Below, one piece after another: positions 10,159 to 22,289 of a stretch of DNA of 64,000 nt. Source of the DNA: an uncultured Actinomycetes bacterium (GTDB taxonomy: Bacteria; Actinomycetota; Acidimicrobiia; Spongiisociales; DATADW01); the NCBI GenBank assembly GCA_963824995.1, contig CAWGRK010000006.1, positions 380,273-444,272 of the forward strand. Direction: 5' to 3'. The stretch's first letter is position 1. Every line of letters starts with the position of its first letter. The position numbers and the translations under genes were made by a program. The notes under the pieces were generated by a model. The model ran no database searches. It was not told where the DNA came from and saw nothing but the letters and a program-made list of their open reading frames with translations.

Positions 10159-11876
10159 TCACAAGCCCAGTTCAGCAGCCAATTGCGCCGCGATAGCAGC
10201 CGCCCGGTCCCTCCCGGCGTCGTCGGCTTCGACCAAGGACCCCGACGGTGGATCGAGCCTCAAGTCCACGTAGATCTTCAATTTCGGCTCGGTCCCAGAT
10301 GGTCGTACCAGGGTCCGTCCCTCGGTCCCGAAGCGCAACTCGACAAGATCGTTGTCGGGCAGCCACTTCGGACGCGTCTCGCCGCCAGTGCGGAGGTCCA
10401 CCACATCGGTCACCGTCATGCCGCCGAGGCTTCCGGGGGGGGAGGCAGCCACTCGATCGACCGCTCCGCCGATCTCGGACCTCCCTTCCGGCCCCTGGCG
10501 GGTGACGGAGTGTTGTGCCGACACCCACAACCCGTGCCGCGACGCCAAGCCCGCCAGAAGGTCCCACATCGATAGGCCCGAGGACACGGCTTCGGCGGAA
10601 ATGTCGGCGAAGACGACCGCGGCCGACATGCCGTCCTTGTCTCGTACGACCGGCCCCACCGAGTAGCCGAGCGCTTCCTCGAATCCGAAGACGAATCGGC
10701 CCTTCCCCTGCTCCTGGAGTGCCAACGCCGCGTTCCAGATCCACTTGAAGCCGGTGAGCGTTGGCTCCCAGTGTGCACCGTGGGCGGCGGCGATCTCACC
10801 GAGCAGGGGGGTTGACACCAAGCTCGACAGCACCATTGGTGGCAGCCCTGATGCGCTTCCGGCGTTGCGGAGGATGTGATCGGCCATGAGCACCCCGACC
10901 TGGTTGCCGGTGAGTTGCCGCCAGCGGTCGCCGGCGGGAACAGCCACCGCAAGCCGATCGCCATCCGGGTCGTTGGCGAGGATGAGATCGGCGCCCTTCT
11001 CCCCGGCCAAGGCGATGGCGAGGTCGAGAGCACCCGGTTCCTCGGGGTTGGGGAACCTCACCGTGGGAAAGCGTCCATCGGGCATCGCCTGCTCGGGGAC
11101 GATTGCCATGTCGGTGTGGCCCGCTTCGGACATGACCCGCCTGATCATCTCGCCTGCCACTCCATGGAGCGGGGTGTAGACGATGGTTTGCCGTCGCCCC
11201 CCCGGCGAGGCGCGCACCGCCATCACATCGGCGATGTAGGCATCCGCTGTGTCCTCTGGGATCGGCTCCACCCGGGGTGGCGTCAACTCTGCAGGCTCGA
11301 GCCGGGGCACGGCGGCGGCAGGGCCCACCCGGGCGATGGCGCCAGCGATCTGGCTGTCAACCGGTGGAATGATCTGCGCGCTGTTGCTGTCGTAGACCTT
11401 GTACCCGTTGTCCGCCGGCGGGTTGTGGCTGGCGGTCACCACCACCGCCGCCTCCGCCCCCAGCCGCTTGGCGACGTGCGCCACAAGCGGGGTGGGAGCG
11501 TGGCTCCCAAATGCCCGGACATCGATCCCGGCGGCGGCGAGAACCCCGACGGTGTCGGCGGCGAGCGTCTCGCTGGAGAGCCGGGCGTCGCGGCCCACGA
11601 TCACCGGTCGATCGCCCCCGTTGCGCTCCTGTAGGAAGTCGGCCAAACCGCGGGTGGTGCGGATGACGACGGCGCGGTTCATGCGGTTGGGCCCGGCCGC
11701 CACCTGCCCGCGGATCCCGGCGGTGCCGAACTCGAGAGGCCCGGCCATCCGGTCCTCGAGGGCGGCGACCTCGCCCGCCTCCAGCATGGTCCCGAGCTCT
11801 TTCGGGTCTCCGGGTCGGGGTCCCCCTCGATCCATTCCCGGACACGGAGAGCCAGTTCGTCGCTTCCGAACGCCAC
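10159..11876 (-). CDS. Phospho-sugar mutase (phosphomannomutase/phosphoglucomutase); indel near 11800
   Basis: FGTAGIRG, TASHNP, DPDGDR, GFEEALGY, RPSGTEPK; N-terminus WIEGDPDPETR lies in ORF 11679..11876. Confidence 0.9.
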
Positions 11877-11933
11877 AGGGCGACCCTAACCGGAGGGCCG
11901 GCCGGTGAGCCCGACGACCCGTATCCTCACTGG

Positions 11934-12737
11934 ATGGGCCCGGTGACGAACCGCTCGGTAGTCCGCGCCACGGATCGTGGCTTCGAATCGGTGGATGACA
12001 CCGTCGTCACCGAGGCGCCGCTCGAGATCAGGCTCGGCGAGGTGCCGATCGCCGTCGTGATGCGGACACCGGGCGATGACGCCAACCTCGTCAAGGGATT
12101 CGCTCTCACCGAGGGGATACTCCTGCACCCCGGGGAGATGGCCGAGGTGCGGGCCTTGGCGGATCCGAACCGGTGGGAGATCGTTCTCGCCGACGGTGTC
12201 GTCGTCGATCCCGAGCAGTTCCGGCGGAACCTCTATGCCTCGTCTTCGTGCGGCGTCTGTGGCAAAGCTTCGATCGATGCAGTGCGGATCACCGCCCGCC
12301 CACTGCCCGAGGGGCCATCGATCGCGGCGGCGGTGCTGTCGAGCCTTCCCGGGCGGATGGGTGAGGCGCAGGATGCATTCCGTCGCACCGGGGGCATCCA
12401 TGCCGCCGCCGCCTTCACCCCCAACGGTGAGCTTCTAAGCATCGCCGAGGACATCGGGCGCCACAACGCCGTCGACAAGCTCGTGGGGCGGCTAGCTGGC
12501 AACCGCTGGCCGATCGGCGATCTGGTCATGGCGGTGTCGGGCCGCGTCGGGTACGAGATCGCCCAGAAGGCGGCGGTCGCCGGGATACCCGTGGTGGCGG
12601 GGATCTCGGCTGCCTCGTCGTTGTCGGCCGAACTCGGCGAGGAGTTGGGCGTGACGATCGTCGGCTTCGTCCGTCACGGGGGATTCGTGATCTACAGCCA
12701 CCCCGAACGCATCATCGGGTCGAGCCAGGTCGGTTAG
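11934..12737 (+). CDS. fdhD: Formate dehydrogenase accessory sulfurtransferase
   Basis: MRTPG, SSCGVCG, EDIGRHNAVDK. Confidence 0.93.
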   Translation: MGPVTNRSVVRATDRGFESVDDTVVTEAPLEIRLGEVPIAVVMRTPGDDANLVKGFALTEGILLHPGEMAEVRALADPNRWEIVLADGVVVDPEQFRRNLYASSSCGVCGKASIDAVRITARPLPEGPSIAAAVLSSLPGRMGEAQDAFRRTGGIHAAAAFTPNGELLSIAEDIGRHNAVDKLVGRLAGNRWPIGDLVMAVSGRVGYEIAQKAAVAGIPVVAGISAASSLSAELGEELGVTIVGFVRHGGFVIYSHPERIIGSSQVG

Positions 12738-12741
12738 CGAC

Positions 12742-14469
12742 TCAGCCCTGGCCGATCCGTCGTTCCTCGGTCACCCGGGCGAGGACCTCGGCGACCGCCC
12801 CCTCCAGACCTACCTCCTCGGTGACCAGTCCCTGACGGCGGGTCAACTCGACGACCCCCTGGGCGAGACCTTTGGGACCGACGGTCACCCGATAGGGAAT
12901 CCCGATCAGCTCGGCGTCGGCGAATTTGACGCCTGGCCTTTCTTCGCGATCGTCGAGCAGCACGTCTACGCCCCGGGTCTCGAGTTCGCCTGCCAGCCGC
13001 TCGGCCGCCGCCAGCGAATCGGCGTCGCCGACCCGAACCACGGTCACCACAACCTCGTATGGGGCCACCGGCACCGGCCAGACGATTCCCCGGTCATCGT
13101 GGGACCACTCCACCACCGCCGCCATGGCCCTCTCCAACCCGATCCCATACGACCCCATCACGATGGGGTGGCTCGCCCCATGTTCGTCCTGGACGACGGC
13201 GCCGAACGCTTCGGAGAACTTGGTCCCCAGCTTGAAGATGTGACCCACCTCGATGCCCTTCCACACCGAGAGGGGCTCGCCGCACACGGGGCAAGCCTCA
13301 CCCTCGGTGACCTGCCGCAGGTCGATCCACCGAGTCACCTCTATGTCCCGGTCGACATCCACATTGCGGACATGGACATCGTCACGGTTCGCTCCGGTCA
13401 CCATCCCGCGCCTCCCCTGGAGGGCGACATCGGCGAGAACGGGCATCTCGCTCACCCCGACGGCTCCCAGGCTCCCGGGATGGGCGCCGAGCGCCTCTTT
13501 GATCTCCTCCGATCGAGCCGGCCGCACAACTGTCGCCAGGGTGGCGTCGATCAGCTTCTGCTCTTGAAGGTCGTGGTCGCCTCGCATCAAAACCAGGGTC
13601 AGCTCACCGTCGATCATGTAGACCAGGGTCTTTATCTGACGGATGGGGTCGGCGTCATCCGGAAAGTCCGCAGCCAGTTGGGCGATCGTCCGTATCCCAG
13701 GTGTGTCGAATTCCTCGATGCCGGGCACGTCGTCGGGGTCCGCCACGGGATCGAGGCGCGAGGTAGCCCGTTCCACGTTCGCCCGATAGCCGCACGAGGC
13801 GCAGGTAGCAATCCGATCCTCGCCGGCGGGGCTGGGCACCACGAATTCCACCGACTCGGCGCCGCCCATGATCCCCGAAGATGCCTGGACGTCCACCGGG
13901 TCGAGGCCCATGCGCCGGAAGATGCGCAGATAGGCGACATGGTGGAGGTCGAACCCGGTGTCCAGCCCGGGCCGGTCGAGATCGAGCGTGTAGGAGTCCT
14001 TCATGGTGAACTCGCGCACCCGGAGCACACCGGCCTTGGGCCGGGGCTCGTCGCGGAACTTGGTCTGGATCTGGTACCAGATCTGAGGCAGTTCGCGGTA
14101 GGACGACAACTCGGTGGCGAGCAGGGCGAACACCTCCTCGTGGGTGAACCCCAAGGCGAACTCGGCGCCCTTACGGTCGCGCAACCGGAACATCTCGTCG
14201 CCGATCGCATCCCAGCGGCCCGACTTGCGCCAGATCTCGGCGGGGTGCATGGCGGGAAGGTGGAACTGCTGCCCGCCGATGGCGTCGATCTCCTCGCGGA
14301 TGATCCGTTCCACTTTTGACCGCACCCGCTGGCCGAGGGGGAGCATCGAATAGTGACCCGCCGCCAGTTGGCGGATGAAGCCGGCCCTCACCAACAACCG
14401 GTGGCTGACCGCCTCCGCCTCAGCCGGGTCGTCGCGCAGTGTGGGTATGAAGGCGCGTGACCATCTCAT
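12742..14469 (-). CDS. proS: Proline--tRNA ligase
   Basis: THEE, KFRDEPRP, REFTMKDSY, GHIFKLG, MGSYGIG. Confidence 0.97.
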   Translation of the reverse strand: MRWSRAFIPTLRDDPAEAEAVSHRLLVRAGFIRQLAAGHYSMLPLGQRVRSKVERIIREEIDAIGGQQFHLPAMHPAEIWRKSGRWDAIGDEMFRLRDRKGAEFALGFTHEEVFALLATELSSYRELPQIWYQIQTKFRDEPRPKAGVLRVREFTMKDSYTLDLDRPGLDTGFDLHHVAYLRIFRRMGLDPVDVQASSGIMGGAESVEFVVPSPAGEDRIATCASCGYRANVERATSRLDPVADPDDVPGIEEFDTPGIRTIAQLAADFPDDADPIRQIKTLVYMIDGELTLVLMRGDHDLQEQKLIDATLATVVRPARSEEIKEALGAHPGSLGAVGVSEMPVLADVALQGRRGMVTGANRDDVHVRNVDVDRDIEVTRWIDLRQVTEGEACPVCGEPLSVWKGIEVGHIFKLGTKFSEAFGAVVQDEHGASHPIVMGSYGIGLERAMAAVVEWSHDDRGIVWPVPVAPYEVVVTVVRVGDADSLAAAERLAGELETRGVDVLLDDREERPGVKFADAELIGIPYRVTVGPKGLAQGVVELTRRQGLVTEEVGLEGAVAEVLARVTEERRIGQG

Positions 14470-14534
14470 GGAGGCGCAACATTAGGTGCCGGTCAATCCC
14501 GAAGACAGGTGATTGGATCGGCTCCTGGTGGGGC

Positions 14535-15749
14535 TCAGGTTGCGGGACCCTTGGCTGCCTCCTCGACCCGGGTGCGCCGCTCCCGCGTCCGGTTGACGTC
14601 GCCGCGGATCTCGAGAAGCTGGACCCGGTCGGCCTCGGCGATGGCGGCGGCATCCTGCTCGGCGGCGGCAAGCCTTGCCTCCACCCCCTCCTCGGCGAGG
14701 CGACGGGCCTCCTCGACCAGGGCGGTGACCATCTCCGCCTCGGGAACCACCCGCACGACCTGACCCTTCACGAAGAGGTGCCCCCTGCCGCGCCCCGCCG
14801 CGATCCCGAGATCGGCCTCGCGCGCCTCCCCCGGCCCGTTGACCACACACCCCATCACCGCCACCTGGATCGGGATCTGCTCCGCCTCGAGCGCCTTCTG
14901 AGCGGCGGCTGCCACCCCGATGACGTCAACTTCGGCCCGCCCACACGATGGGCAGGCGATCAGGTCGAGCCCTCGTCTCTCCCGCAGCCCGAGGTACTCG
15001 AGGAGCCCGCGCCCTGCTTTTGCCTCTTCGACCGGGTCAGCGGTGAGCGAGAAGCGGATGGTGTCGCCGATCCCCTCGAGGAGCAGCGTCCCGATCCCGG
15101 CCACCGACTTGATCAGCCCGCCCGGTGGCGGGCCCGCCTCGGTGACACCGAGATGGAGTGGGTATTCGACCTTCTCGGCGAGCAGTCTGTAGGCCTCGAC
15201 CATCGAGGGAACGTGCGAGTGCTTGACCGAGATCTTGATGTCGAAGAACCCGACGTCCTCCAGGTACCTGACTTCCCGCAGGGCCGACTCGACCAGGGCC
15301 TCGGGGACCGGGGCCCCAAAGCTCTCCAGCAGTTCCTTGTCGAGCGATCCGGCGTTGACGCCGACCCGGATGGGGACTCCCGCCTCACCCGCCGCCCGGG
15401 CCACCGTCTTGATGTGCTCCTCGTTGCGGATGTTCCCCGGATTGAGCCTCAGTCCCTGGACCCCCGCCTCGAGCGCCGCCAGCGCCAACCGGTACTGGAA
15501 GTGGATGTCGGCGATTATGGGAACGGGCGACCGGGGGACGATCTCGGCGAGACCCTGCGCCGCCTCGACGTCGTTGCAGGTGATGCGGACGATGTCGGCA
15601 CCGGCACCCTTGAGGGCGTAGACCTGGGCCAGCGTGCCGTCGACGTCGGCCGTCTTGGTGGTGGTCATCGACTGAACCGAGACCGGGGCTCCGCCCCCTA
15701 CTTCGACGTCGCCCACCCGCACGGGTCGGCTCGTCCTGCGAGCGATCAT
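14535..15749 (-). CDS. ispG: HMBPP synthase
   Basis: VQSMT, ADIHF, RLNPGNI, HLGVTEAG, CPSCGR, MGCVVNGPGEA. Confidence 0.97.
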   Translation of the reverse strand: MIARRTSRPVRVGDVEVGGGAPVSVQSMTTTKTADVDGTLAQVYALKGAGADIVRITCNDVEAAQGLAEIVPRSPVPIIADIHFQYRLALAALEAGVQGLRLNPGNIRNEEHIKTVARAAGEAGVPIRVGVNAGSLDKELLESFGAPVPEALVESALREVRYLEDVGFFDIKISVKHSHVPSMVEAYRLLAEKVEYPLHLGVTEAGPPPGGLIKSVAGIGTLLLEGIGDTIRFSLTADPVEEAKAGRGLLEYLGLRERRGLDLIACPSCGRAEVDVIGVAAAAQKALEAEQIPIQVAVMGCVVNGPGEAREADLGIAAGRGRGHLFVKGQVVRVVPEAEMVTALVEEARRLAEEGVEARLAAAEQDAAAIAEADRVQLLEIRGDVNRTRERRTRVEEAAKGPAT

Positions 15750-15777
15750 GTGTGAATCGTAGGTCGCGGGGGGCTGG

Positions 15778-16919
15778 TCAGCCCGGGATACGGATCGGAT
15801 TGACGATGTCGAGCACTATGCCCACCACCCCGACGAAGACGACCAGGGCGATGACCGCCGCCGCTACCGGCGCGAGCTTACGGACGTCCGCCACGCGGCC
15901 GGTCAACTTCTCGTACAACGCCACCGCGAAATGCCCGCCGTCGAGCGGATAGAGAGGCAGCACGTTGAGCGTGCCGAGCACGACGTTGACCGAGGCGAGC
16001 AGCCAGATCAGGTTGCCGATGCCAAGCGACTCCGCCTGTGTGCCGATGTTCACCATCCCGATCGGACTGACCGGGCGGATCTCGTCGGGGATGTCGGTGT
16101 TCCCCACCAGTGCACCGCCGAGCTGGGCCAGCGAGGCGGGCTGGATCAGCCGGCCTAGGAAGTCGAAGGTGGCACCGATCGTGCTGACTAGCGCCTCCCC
16201 GGCCAGCCCCATCGCCTCCCATATCCCCACCGACCGAAACACCTGCTCCGGCGACACCCCGAGGTAGCCGACGGCGCTCCCCCCTCTTCCTCGACTCGGC
16301 TGGCGAGCTCTGCGGTGAGCGTCACCTCGGCGCCATCGCGCTCGACGACGATCTCCACCGTCTCCCCTGGGCTCTCCTCGATCGCTGATGCGGCGTCTTC
16401 CCACTCGACGACGGGGCGGCCGTTCAACTCCACGATGCGATCACCGACCGCCAGGCCCGCCCCCGCCGCCGGGCTGGGAGACCCGTCGTCCAATTCGAGG
16501 AGCACCTGGTCGAGCGTGGTTGAGGCGACGGGGAGGCCGTCGGAGGTGGTCTCGGGGACCCCGTCGGCGAGGATGAGGCCGAAGAACATCAAGTAGGCGA
16601 TGAGGAAGTTCATCGCCACCCCGGACAGCACGGCGACCGACTTCTGCCAGAACTTCTTGTCCCGATAGGCTCGGCCGGCGTCGGCCGGGTCTACGTCCTC
16701 GAGCGAGTTCATCCCCAGGATCTTGACGTAGCCGCCGAAGGGGAGCGCCTTCATGCCGTATTCGGTCTCGCCGCGACGGAACGAGAGAAGCCTCGGTCCG
16801 AAACCGAAGAAGAACTCGGTTGCCTTCATTCCCGTCGCTTTGGCCACGATGAAGTGGCCAGCCTCATGTGCCATGACGAAGAAAACGATCGCCAGGAATG
16901 CGGCGATTCCGCCGATCAT
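15778..16919 (-). CDS. rseP: RseP-like M50 metalloprotease with PDZ domain; indel near 16280
   Basis: HEAGH and GGYVKI in ORF 16188..16919; NVLPLYPLDGGH in ORF 15778..16404; shift at a C-run. Confidence 0.88.
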
Positions 16920-17018
16920 GTCATTTCACCTCGCCGCACGTGGCGAGTATGCCAGGGCGGGGTTGCTATCTCAGGGCGGGGCACAGATATGGTGATCGGT
17001 ATGGGACGGACCGCTTCT

Positions 17019-18156
17019 TTAGCAGGCTCCCACCAACTCGGCCGCTATCGCCCTCGACTCCCGGTCGATGGCGAGGATCTCGTGGACGTTCGCAGGTCGC
17101 GACCAGTTGACACGCTCAAGGGTCCGCTCCACCACCGCTGGGATCCCGAGAAACCCGAGCCTCCGCTCGAGGAAGGCTGCTACCGCCACCTCGTCGGCCG
17201 CATTGAGCGTGGCCGGCGCCGAGCCACCCCGTCGCCCCGCCTCGTAGGCCAATGCGAGCGCGGGGAAGGAGTGATGGTCGGGCCGTTCGAAGGTGAGGCT
17301 CCTGCCGGCTAGGTCGAGCGGGGCGACCGGAGCCGGGCGCCGTTCCGGATGAGTCAGGGCATGCTGGATGGGCACCTTCATGTCCGGTTCCCCGATTTGG
17401 GCCTTCACCGACCCGTCTACGAACTCGACCATGGCATGGACGATGCTCTCGGGGTGGACGACCACGTCGATCCGGTCGTAGTCGACCCCGAAGAGGACGT
17501 GCGCCTCGATCACCTCGAGGCCCTTGTTGAACAAGGTGGCCGAATCGACGGTGATGCGCCGACCCATCGACCAGGTCGGGTGCTGTAATGCCTCGGCCGG
17601 TGTGACCTCGGCAAGTTCTTCGGCGGTCCGTCCCCTGAAGGGTCCGCCCGACGCGGTCAAGATGATCCGTTTGACCGCAAGGCTCTCCTCTCCCGCCAGG
17701 CATTGGAGCACGGCGGAGTGCTCCGAATCGACGGGGATGAGCTCTCCGCCTCCTTTGGCGAGAGCGGCTGTGACCAACTCGCCACCTGCCACCAGGCTCT
17801 CCTTGTTGGCGAGCGCCACCCGGTTCCCCGAGCCGAGGGCCGCCATCGTCGCCGACAACCCGGCGGCGCCGACCATGGCGTTCATCACGGTATGCCCAGG
17901 CTCGGCGGCGAGGTCGTCCACCGCCTGCGCTCCGAACGAGACCCGGCTGCCAAAGAAGACCGGCGAGGCGGTCGCGTTCCTCGCCTGCGCCCCCAACGAC
18001 CACCACCGCGGCGTCGGGGTGGGCTTCCGCAAGGGCGATGATTCGATCGGATGCCGACCTCGCTGCCAGCCCGGCAACCTCGACGCCAATTCGAGAAGCG
18101 ACCTCGAGGGTCTGGGTGCCGATGGAGCCTGTCGCGCCGAGCAGGACCAGGCTCAT
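17019..18156 (-). CDS. dxr: 1-deoxy-D-xylulose-5-phosphate reductoisomerase; indel near 17955
   Basis: LGATGSIGTQ in one frame; LANKESLV, PVDSEH, LTASGGPF, HPTWSMG in the other. Confidence 0.93.
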
Positions 18157-18160
18157 GGGA

Positions 18161-19545
18161 TCACAGATACCCGGCCCAGAGGTAGATCACGTAGGCGGCG
18201 GGCACCACGAAGAGGATGGCGTCGATCCGGTCGAGCACCCCCCCGTGACCCGGCAGGATCCCGCCCATATCCTTGACCGCCAGAGCCCGCTTGAGCAGAG
18301 ATTCGCTGAGGTCCCCGAGGATCCCGAGCACGGAGACCGCCACCCCGAGCGCCAGTCCTGCCCCGATCCCTATGGGCTCGAAGAAGTCGATCAGTGAGAG
18401 GCCGACCCCCACCACGATCGCCACCAGCACGCCGCCCACATAGCCCTCGACCGTCTTGTTCGGCGAGACGACCGGGGCGAGTTGGCGGCGGCCCAGCGAA
18501 CGGCCGACAAAATACTGCGCCGTGTCGAAGGCGACGATCACCACCACGGCCCCCAATACCAGCGCCACCGGTTCGGGGGCACGGGCTATGGGGAAGGCGA
18601 AGGCGAGCAGGCCGATCCAGTTGGCGGCGAGGACGGTGGCACCTGCGTTGACCAGTGCCTGGCGTCTGGGCACGACGGCGTAGAAGAGGAGCACCACGAG
18701 GATGGCCACCGCCACCACGCCGCCCATGGCGGCGGGCCCTGACAGCCACGCCGCGGCCTCGGCGCCCAGCAGTCCCACGAGGGCAAACAGGGTGAGGGGA
18801 ACGAACCCGGCGGAACGCAGACCTCTGGTGAGCTCGATGAGCGCCACCGCGGAGAGCAACACCACCAGGGCGAAGAACCACCATCCACCCGCGAAGAGAG
18901 AGGCGACGAAAAGCGCGGCCAGTGCGATACCCGTCCCCAACCGCACCGCCAGGTCGGACCGGGCGGGAGGGGTATCGTCGATCTCCTTGCCCTCGGCGCC
19001 GATGACATCCTCGAAACCGACCACACCGGTCTCGAGCCCAGGCATGGCGGCGGCTACGGCCTGGGGCTCGTGCTCCTCTTGCTCGGCGGCGGCGATGGCC
19101 TCGGCCAGACCCTGGTACTCCTGGGTCGTGGCGAGGACGTAGTCCTCGTGGGTGTAGTCCTCGAGCTCCGGTGAGCTCTCGATGTCGAAGGGGCCATCCG
19201 GCGATGGCGCCAAGGACTCCTCCTCCACCGGCGGTTCCTCTATCGGCTGGGGCCCGGCACGCTCCCAGGGACGGGCGGGCTCGTCGGCACCGGGGGGGGC
19301 GGAGGCTCGTCGCGGAAACTGGCGGGCGGCGGCCGCCCTCCGGGGCCGGTGGGCGGCTCGTCCCCCGGGCTGGCCGGCGCCGCCGACCAGTCGAGGTCGA
19401 ACTCCTCGCTCTCCTCTTCCCATGGCATCGGCTCGTCCTGGTAGCCCGGTTCCTCGGCATCGGGTGGTGGCTCCCACGCCGAGGGATGGCGGCGCCCGGG
19501 AAAACGAACCACCTCACCACCCTCGTCGCCTTGGTCATCTGCCAT
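18161..19545 (-). CDS. cdsA: Phosphatidate cytidylyltransferase with long acidic N-terminal extension; indel near 19295
   Basis: SPNKTVEG, GDLSESLLKR, KDMGGILPGHGGVLDRID; N-terminus in ORF 19240..19545; shift at G-run. Confidence 0.88.
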
Positions 19546-19546
19546 G

Positions 19547-20104
19547 TCAGACCTCGAGCAACTCGGACTCCTTGTGGCCGAGCAGGTCGTCGATCCTATG
19601 GGTGTGGCTGTCTGTCACTTCTTGGAGCGTCTTCTCGCCGCGCCGGATCTCGTCGTCCGAGATCTCGCCGGTGAACGCCTCCATGTCCTCTTTGACATGG
19701 CGACGTACGTTGCGCACCGCCACCCGACCCTCCTCGGCCATGTGCCGCACCAGTCTGATCAGCTCGCGCCTGCGCTCCTCGGTGAGTGGCGGGAACGACA
19801 CCCGGAGCACCGAGCCGTCCGATGATGGGTTGAGGCCGAGGTCGGAGCTGCGGATCGCCTTGTCGATGGATGTGACCGAGCTCTTGTCGTATGGCGTGAT
19901 GAGCAGGAGGCGCGGCTCGGGCACCGAGAACGAGGCCAATTGCTGGAGGGGTGTCGTGGTGCCGTAGTAGTCGACCGTCACCCGGTGGAGGATGGCGGGG
20001 TTGGCCCGACCGGTACGAACCGTTGCGAACTCGGCTTGGACGTGGCCGACCGCTTGGTCCATCTTGATCTCAGCTTCAGCCAGCAGGTCATCGATCATCC
20101 GCAC
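19547..20104 (-). CDS. frr: Ribosome recycling factor
   Basis: VRTGRANP, PPLTEERR. Confidence 0.97.
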   Translation of the reverse strand: MRMIDDLLAEAEIKMDQAVGHVQAEFATVRTGRANPAILHRVTVDYYGTTTPLQQLASFSVPEPRLLLITPYDKSSVTSIDKAIRSSDLGLNPSSDGSVLRVSFPPLTEERRRELIRLVRHMAEEGRVAVRNVRRHVKEDMEAFTGEISDDEIRRGEKTLQEVTDSHTHRIDDLLGHKESELLEV

Positions 20105-20110
20105 TCCGAC

Positions 20111-20827
20111 TCAATGAACCAGGGTCCCTATCCGCTCTCCCCTGACTGCCCGGACGATGTTCCCAGGAACGTTGATGTTGAACACGACGATGGGCAGCCT
20201 GTGGTCCTTGCACATCGTAATGGCGGTGGAGTCCATCACCCTGAGCTCCTGGGCAAGGACATCCATGTAGCTCAACTCGGAGAGCAGCAGGGCATCGGGG
20301 TGGGTGACCGGGTCGGCGTCGTAGACCCCATCGACCATGGTCGCCTTCAGCACCACTTGGGCGTTGATCTCCACCGCTCGCAGTGCGGCGGTGGTGTCGG
20401 TGGTGAAGAACGGATTGCCGGTCCCCGCGGCGAGAACCAGCACTCTTCCCTTCTCGAGATGGCGTATCGCTCGCAACCTGATGTAGGGCTCGGCGAGTTG
20501 TTGCATCGATATGGCGCTCTGCACGCGGGTTGGGACCCCGGTCGTCTCGAGGGCGTCGCGCAACGCCAGCCCGTTGATCACCGTCGCCAGCATCCCCATG
20601 TAGTCAGCGCTGGCCGGGTCCATCCCCGAAGCCTGAGCCGACACACCGCGGAAGATGTTCCCGCCGCCCACCACGACGGCGATCTCGGCGCCTTCGCCAT
20701 GGGCGGCGACGATCTCGCCCGCCACCCGGTGAACCGACTTGGGGTCTATTCCGTATCCGAGCTCCGGGTCGGCGAACGACTCACCCGAGAGCTTGAGGAC
20801 AACCCGGCGCCGGATCGCCTCGGTCAA
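20111..20827 (-). CDS. pyrH: UMP kinase
   Basis: [22 protein letters not shown]. Confidence 0.97.
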   Translation of the reverse strand: MTEAIRRRVVLKLSGESFADPELGYGIDPKSVHRVAGEIVAAHGEGAEIAVVVGGGNIFRGVSAQASGMDPASADYMGMLATVINGLALRDALETTGVPTRVQSAISMQQLAEPYIRLRAIRHLEKGRVLVLAAGTGNPFFTTDTTAALRAVEINAQVVLKATMVDGVYDADPVTHPDALLLSELSYMDVLAQELRVMDSTAITMCKDHRLPIVVFNINVPGNIVRAVRGERIGTLVH

Positions 20828-20830
20828 GGC

Positions 20831-21466
20831 TCAGCCCTCCCCGACCGCAAGACGGGCGATGCGTGTGACCGATATGTTTTCCCCCATCCGGGTGCCAAGC
20901 TGGGTGACCATCTCCCCGACCGATCCCTCGAAGACACCCGGGTTTACGAATTCCTGCTCGTAGAGGACGTTCTGGCGGATGAACTGCTTGATCTTCCCCT
21001 CGACGATCCGGGGTATGACGTTCTCGGGCTTCCCCTCGTTCTCTGCTTGGAGGGTGGCGACCCTCCGCTCCTCCTCGAGCCGTTCCTCGGGAACGTCTTC
21101 GGGGCGGAGCCAGGTCGGATTGGCCCACGAAACGTGTTTGGCGATCTCGTCTGCCGTCGCAATGAACTCATCGCTCTTGGCGACGAAGTCGGTCTCAGCG
21201 GCGAGCTCGACCATGGCGCCAATGGTGACCCGTCCCGCCTGGCGGTGCAGGTATGAGCCAACCGCACCCTCGGATGCGGTGCGGTCGGCGCGCTTGGCCG
21301 AGGCGGCAAGCCCTCGCTCGCGGAGCAACTGGAAGGCTCGGTCGAAGTCGCCGCCTGCCTCGGTGAGGGCAGTCTTGGCATCCATCATCCCCACCGACGC
21401 AGCTTGCCGAAGCCGCTGGACATCCTTGGCAGAAACCGACACGGTTTCGCTGGTCCCCTCGGTCAT
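20831..21466 (-). CDS. tsf: Elongation factor Ts (short, 211 aa type)
   Basis: LRQAASVGMMDAK, ETDFVA; between rpsB and pyrH. Confidence 0.95.
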   Translation of the reverse strand: MTEGTSETVSVSAKDVQRLRQAASVGMMDAKTALTEAGGDFDRAFQLLRERGLAASAKRADRTASEGAVGSYLHRQAGRVTIGAMVELAAETDFVAKSDEFIATADEIAKHVSWANPTWLRPEDVPEERLEEERRVATLQAENEGKPENVIPRIVEGKIKQFIRQNVLYEQEFVNPGVFEGSVGEMVTQLGTRMGENISVTRIARLAVGEG

Positions 21467-22281
21467 CAGCTTGCCGCCCCGACGTCTACCGCCTCGTCGA
21501 CGGCAGGCTCGGTCGCACCGGCCTCATCCGGAACCTCGCCGGCTTCCCCGCCCTCGAGCTCGAAACCGGTGCCCGCCTCTTCGAACACCTCGTCCGTCAC
21601 TAGCCCGGCACCCTCGCGCAATGCGTCGGCGATCACGCCGGCGATGAGATCCACGGCTCGGATGGCATCATCGTTGCCGGGGATGACGTAGGTCACGGGG
21701 TCGGGGTCGCAGTTGCTGTCTACCAAGGCGATGATCGGCAGCCCCAGCCGGGCCGCCTCGCGGATCGCGGTGTGCTCCACATTCAGATCCACCACGAAGA
21801 GCGCATCGGGTAGACGGGTCAGCGAGCGCACTCCTCCGAGGTTTTGTTGGAGCTTGAGCAACTCGCGCCGCAGGCGTAGACGCTCCTTCTTGGGGAGTGA
21901 GTCCATCTCACCCGACGCCTCCATCCGCTCCAGCTCCTTCATGTAGAAGATCCGCTTCTGGATGGTGGCGAAGTTGGTCAGCATTCCGCCGAGCCAGCGG
22001 AAATTGACGTACGGCATCCCCGAGCGGTCGGCCGCCTCGGCGATCGCCGCCTGAGCCTGGCGCTTGGTGCCGACGAAGAGGATGACGCCATCGGTCGTCG
22101 CCAGGTCGCGGGCGAACTCGGCGGAGCGTTCGGTCAGCTCCAGGGTCTGACGCAGGTCGATGATGTGTATCCCGTTGCGCTCGCCGTAGATGTAGGGGCG
22201 CATCTTCGGATTCCAGCGTCGGGTCTGGTGCCCGAAATGGACGCCAGCCTCGAGCAGCTGTTTCATGGTCACATGGGCCAA
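21466..22281 (-). CDS. rpsB: 30S ribosomal protein S2
   Basis: [30 protein letters not shown] start at 22281 after AAGAGGAG. Confidence 0.97.
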   Translation of the reverse strand: MAHVTMKQLLEAGVHFGHQTRRWNPKMRPYIYGERNGIHIIDLRQTLELTERSAEFARDLATTDGVILFVGTKRQAQAAIAEAADRSGMPYVNFRWLGGMLTNFATIQKRIFYMKELERMEASGEMDSLPKKERLRLRRELLKLQQNLGGVRSLTRLPDALFVVDLNVEHTAIREAARLGLPIIALVDSNCDPDPVTYVIPGNDDAIRAVDLIAGVIADALREGAGLVTDEVFEEAGTGFELEGGEAGEVPDEAGATEPAVDEAVDVGAAS

Positions 22282-22289
22282 GGTGGCTC

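Noticed and set aside
16930..16981. Regulatory RNA between dxr and rseP (CTCGCC/GGCGAG hairpin, CAGGGCGGGG twice)
   Set aside because: Too short and GC-rich to distinguish from chance
15778..19545. Programmed frameshifting or pseudogenisation of rseP, dxr and cdsA
   Set aside because: Shifts fall mostly in homopolymers across many unrelated essential genes; sequencing error is the simpler explanation
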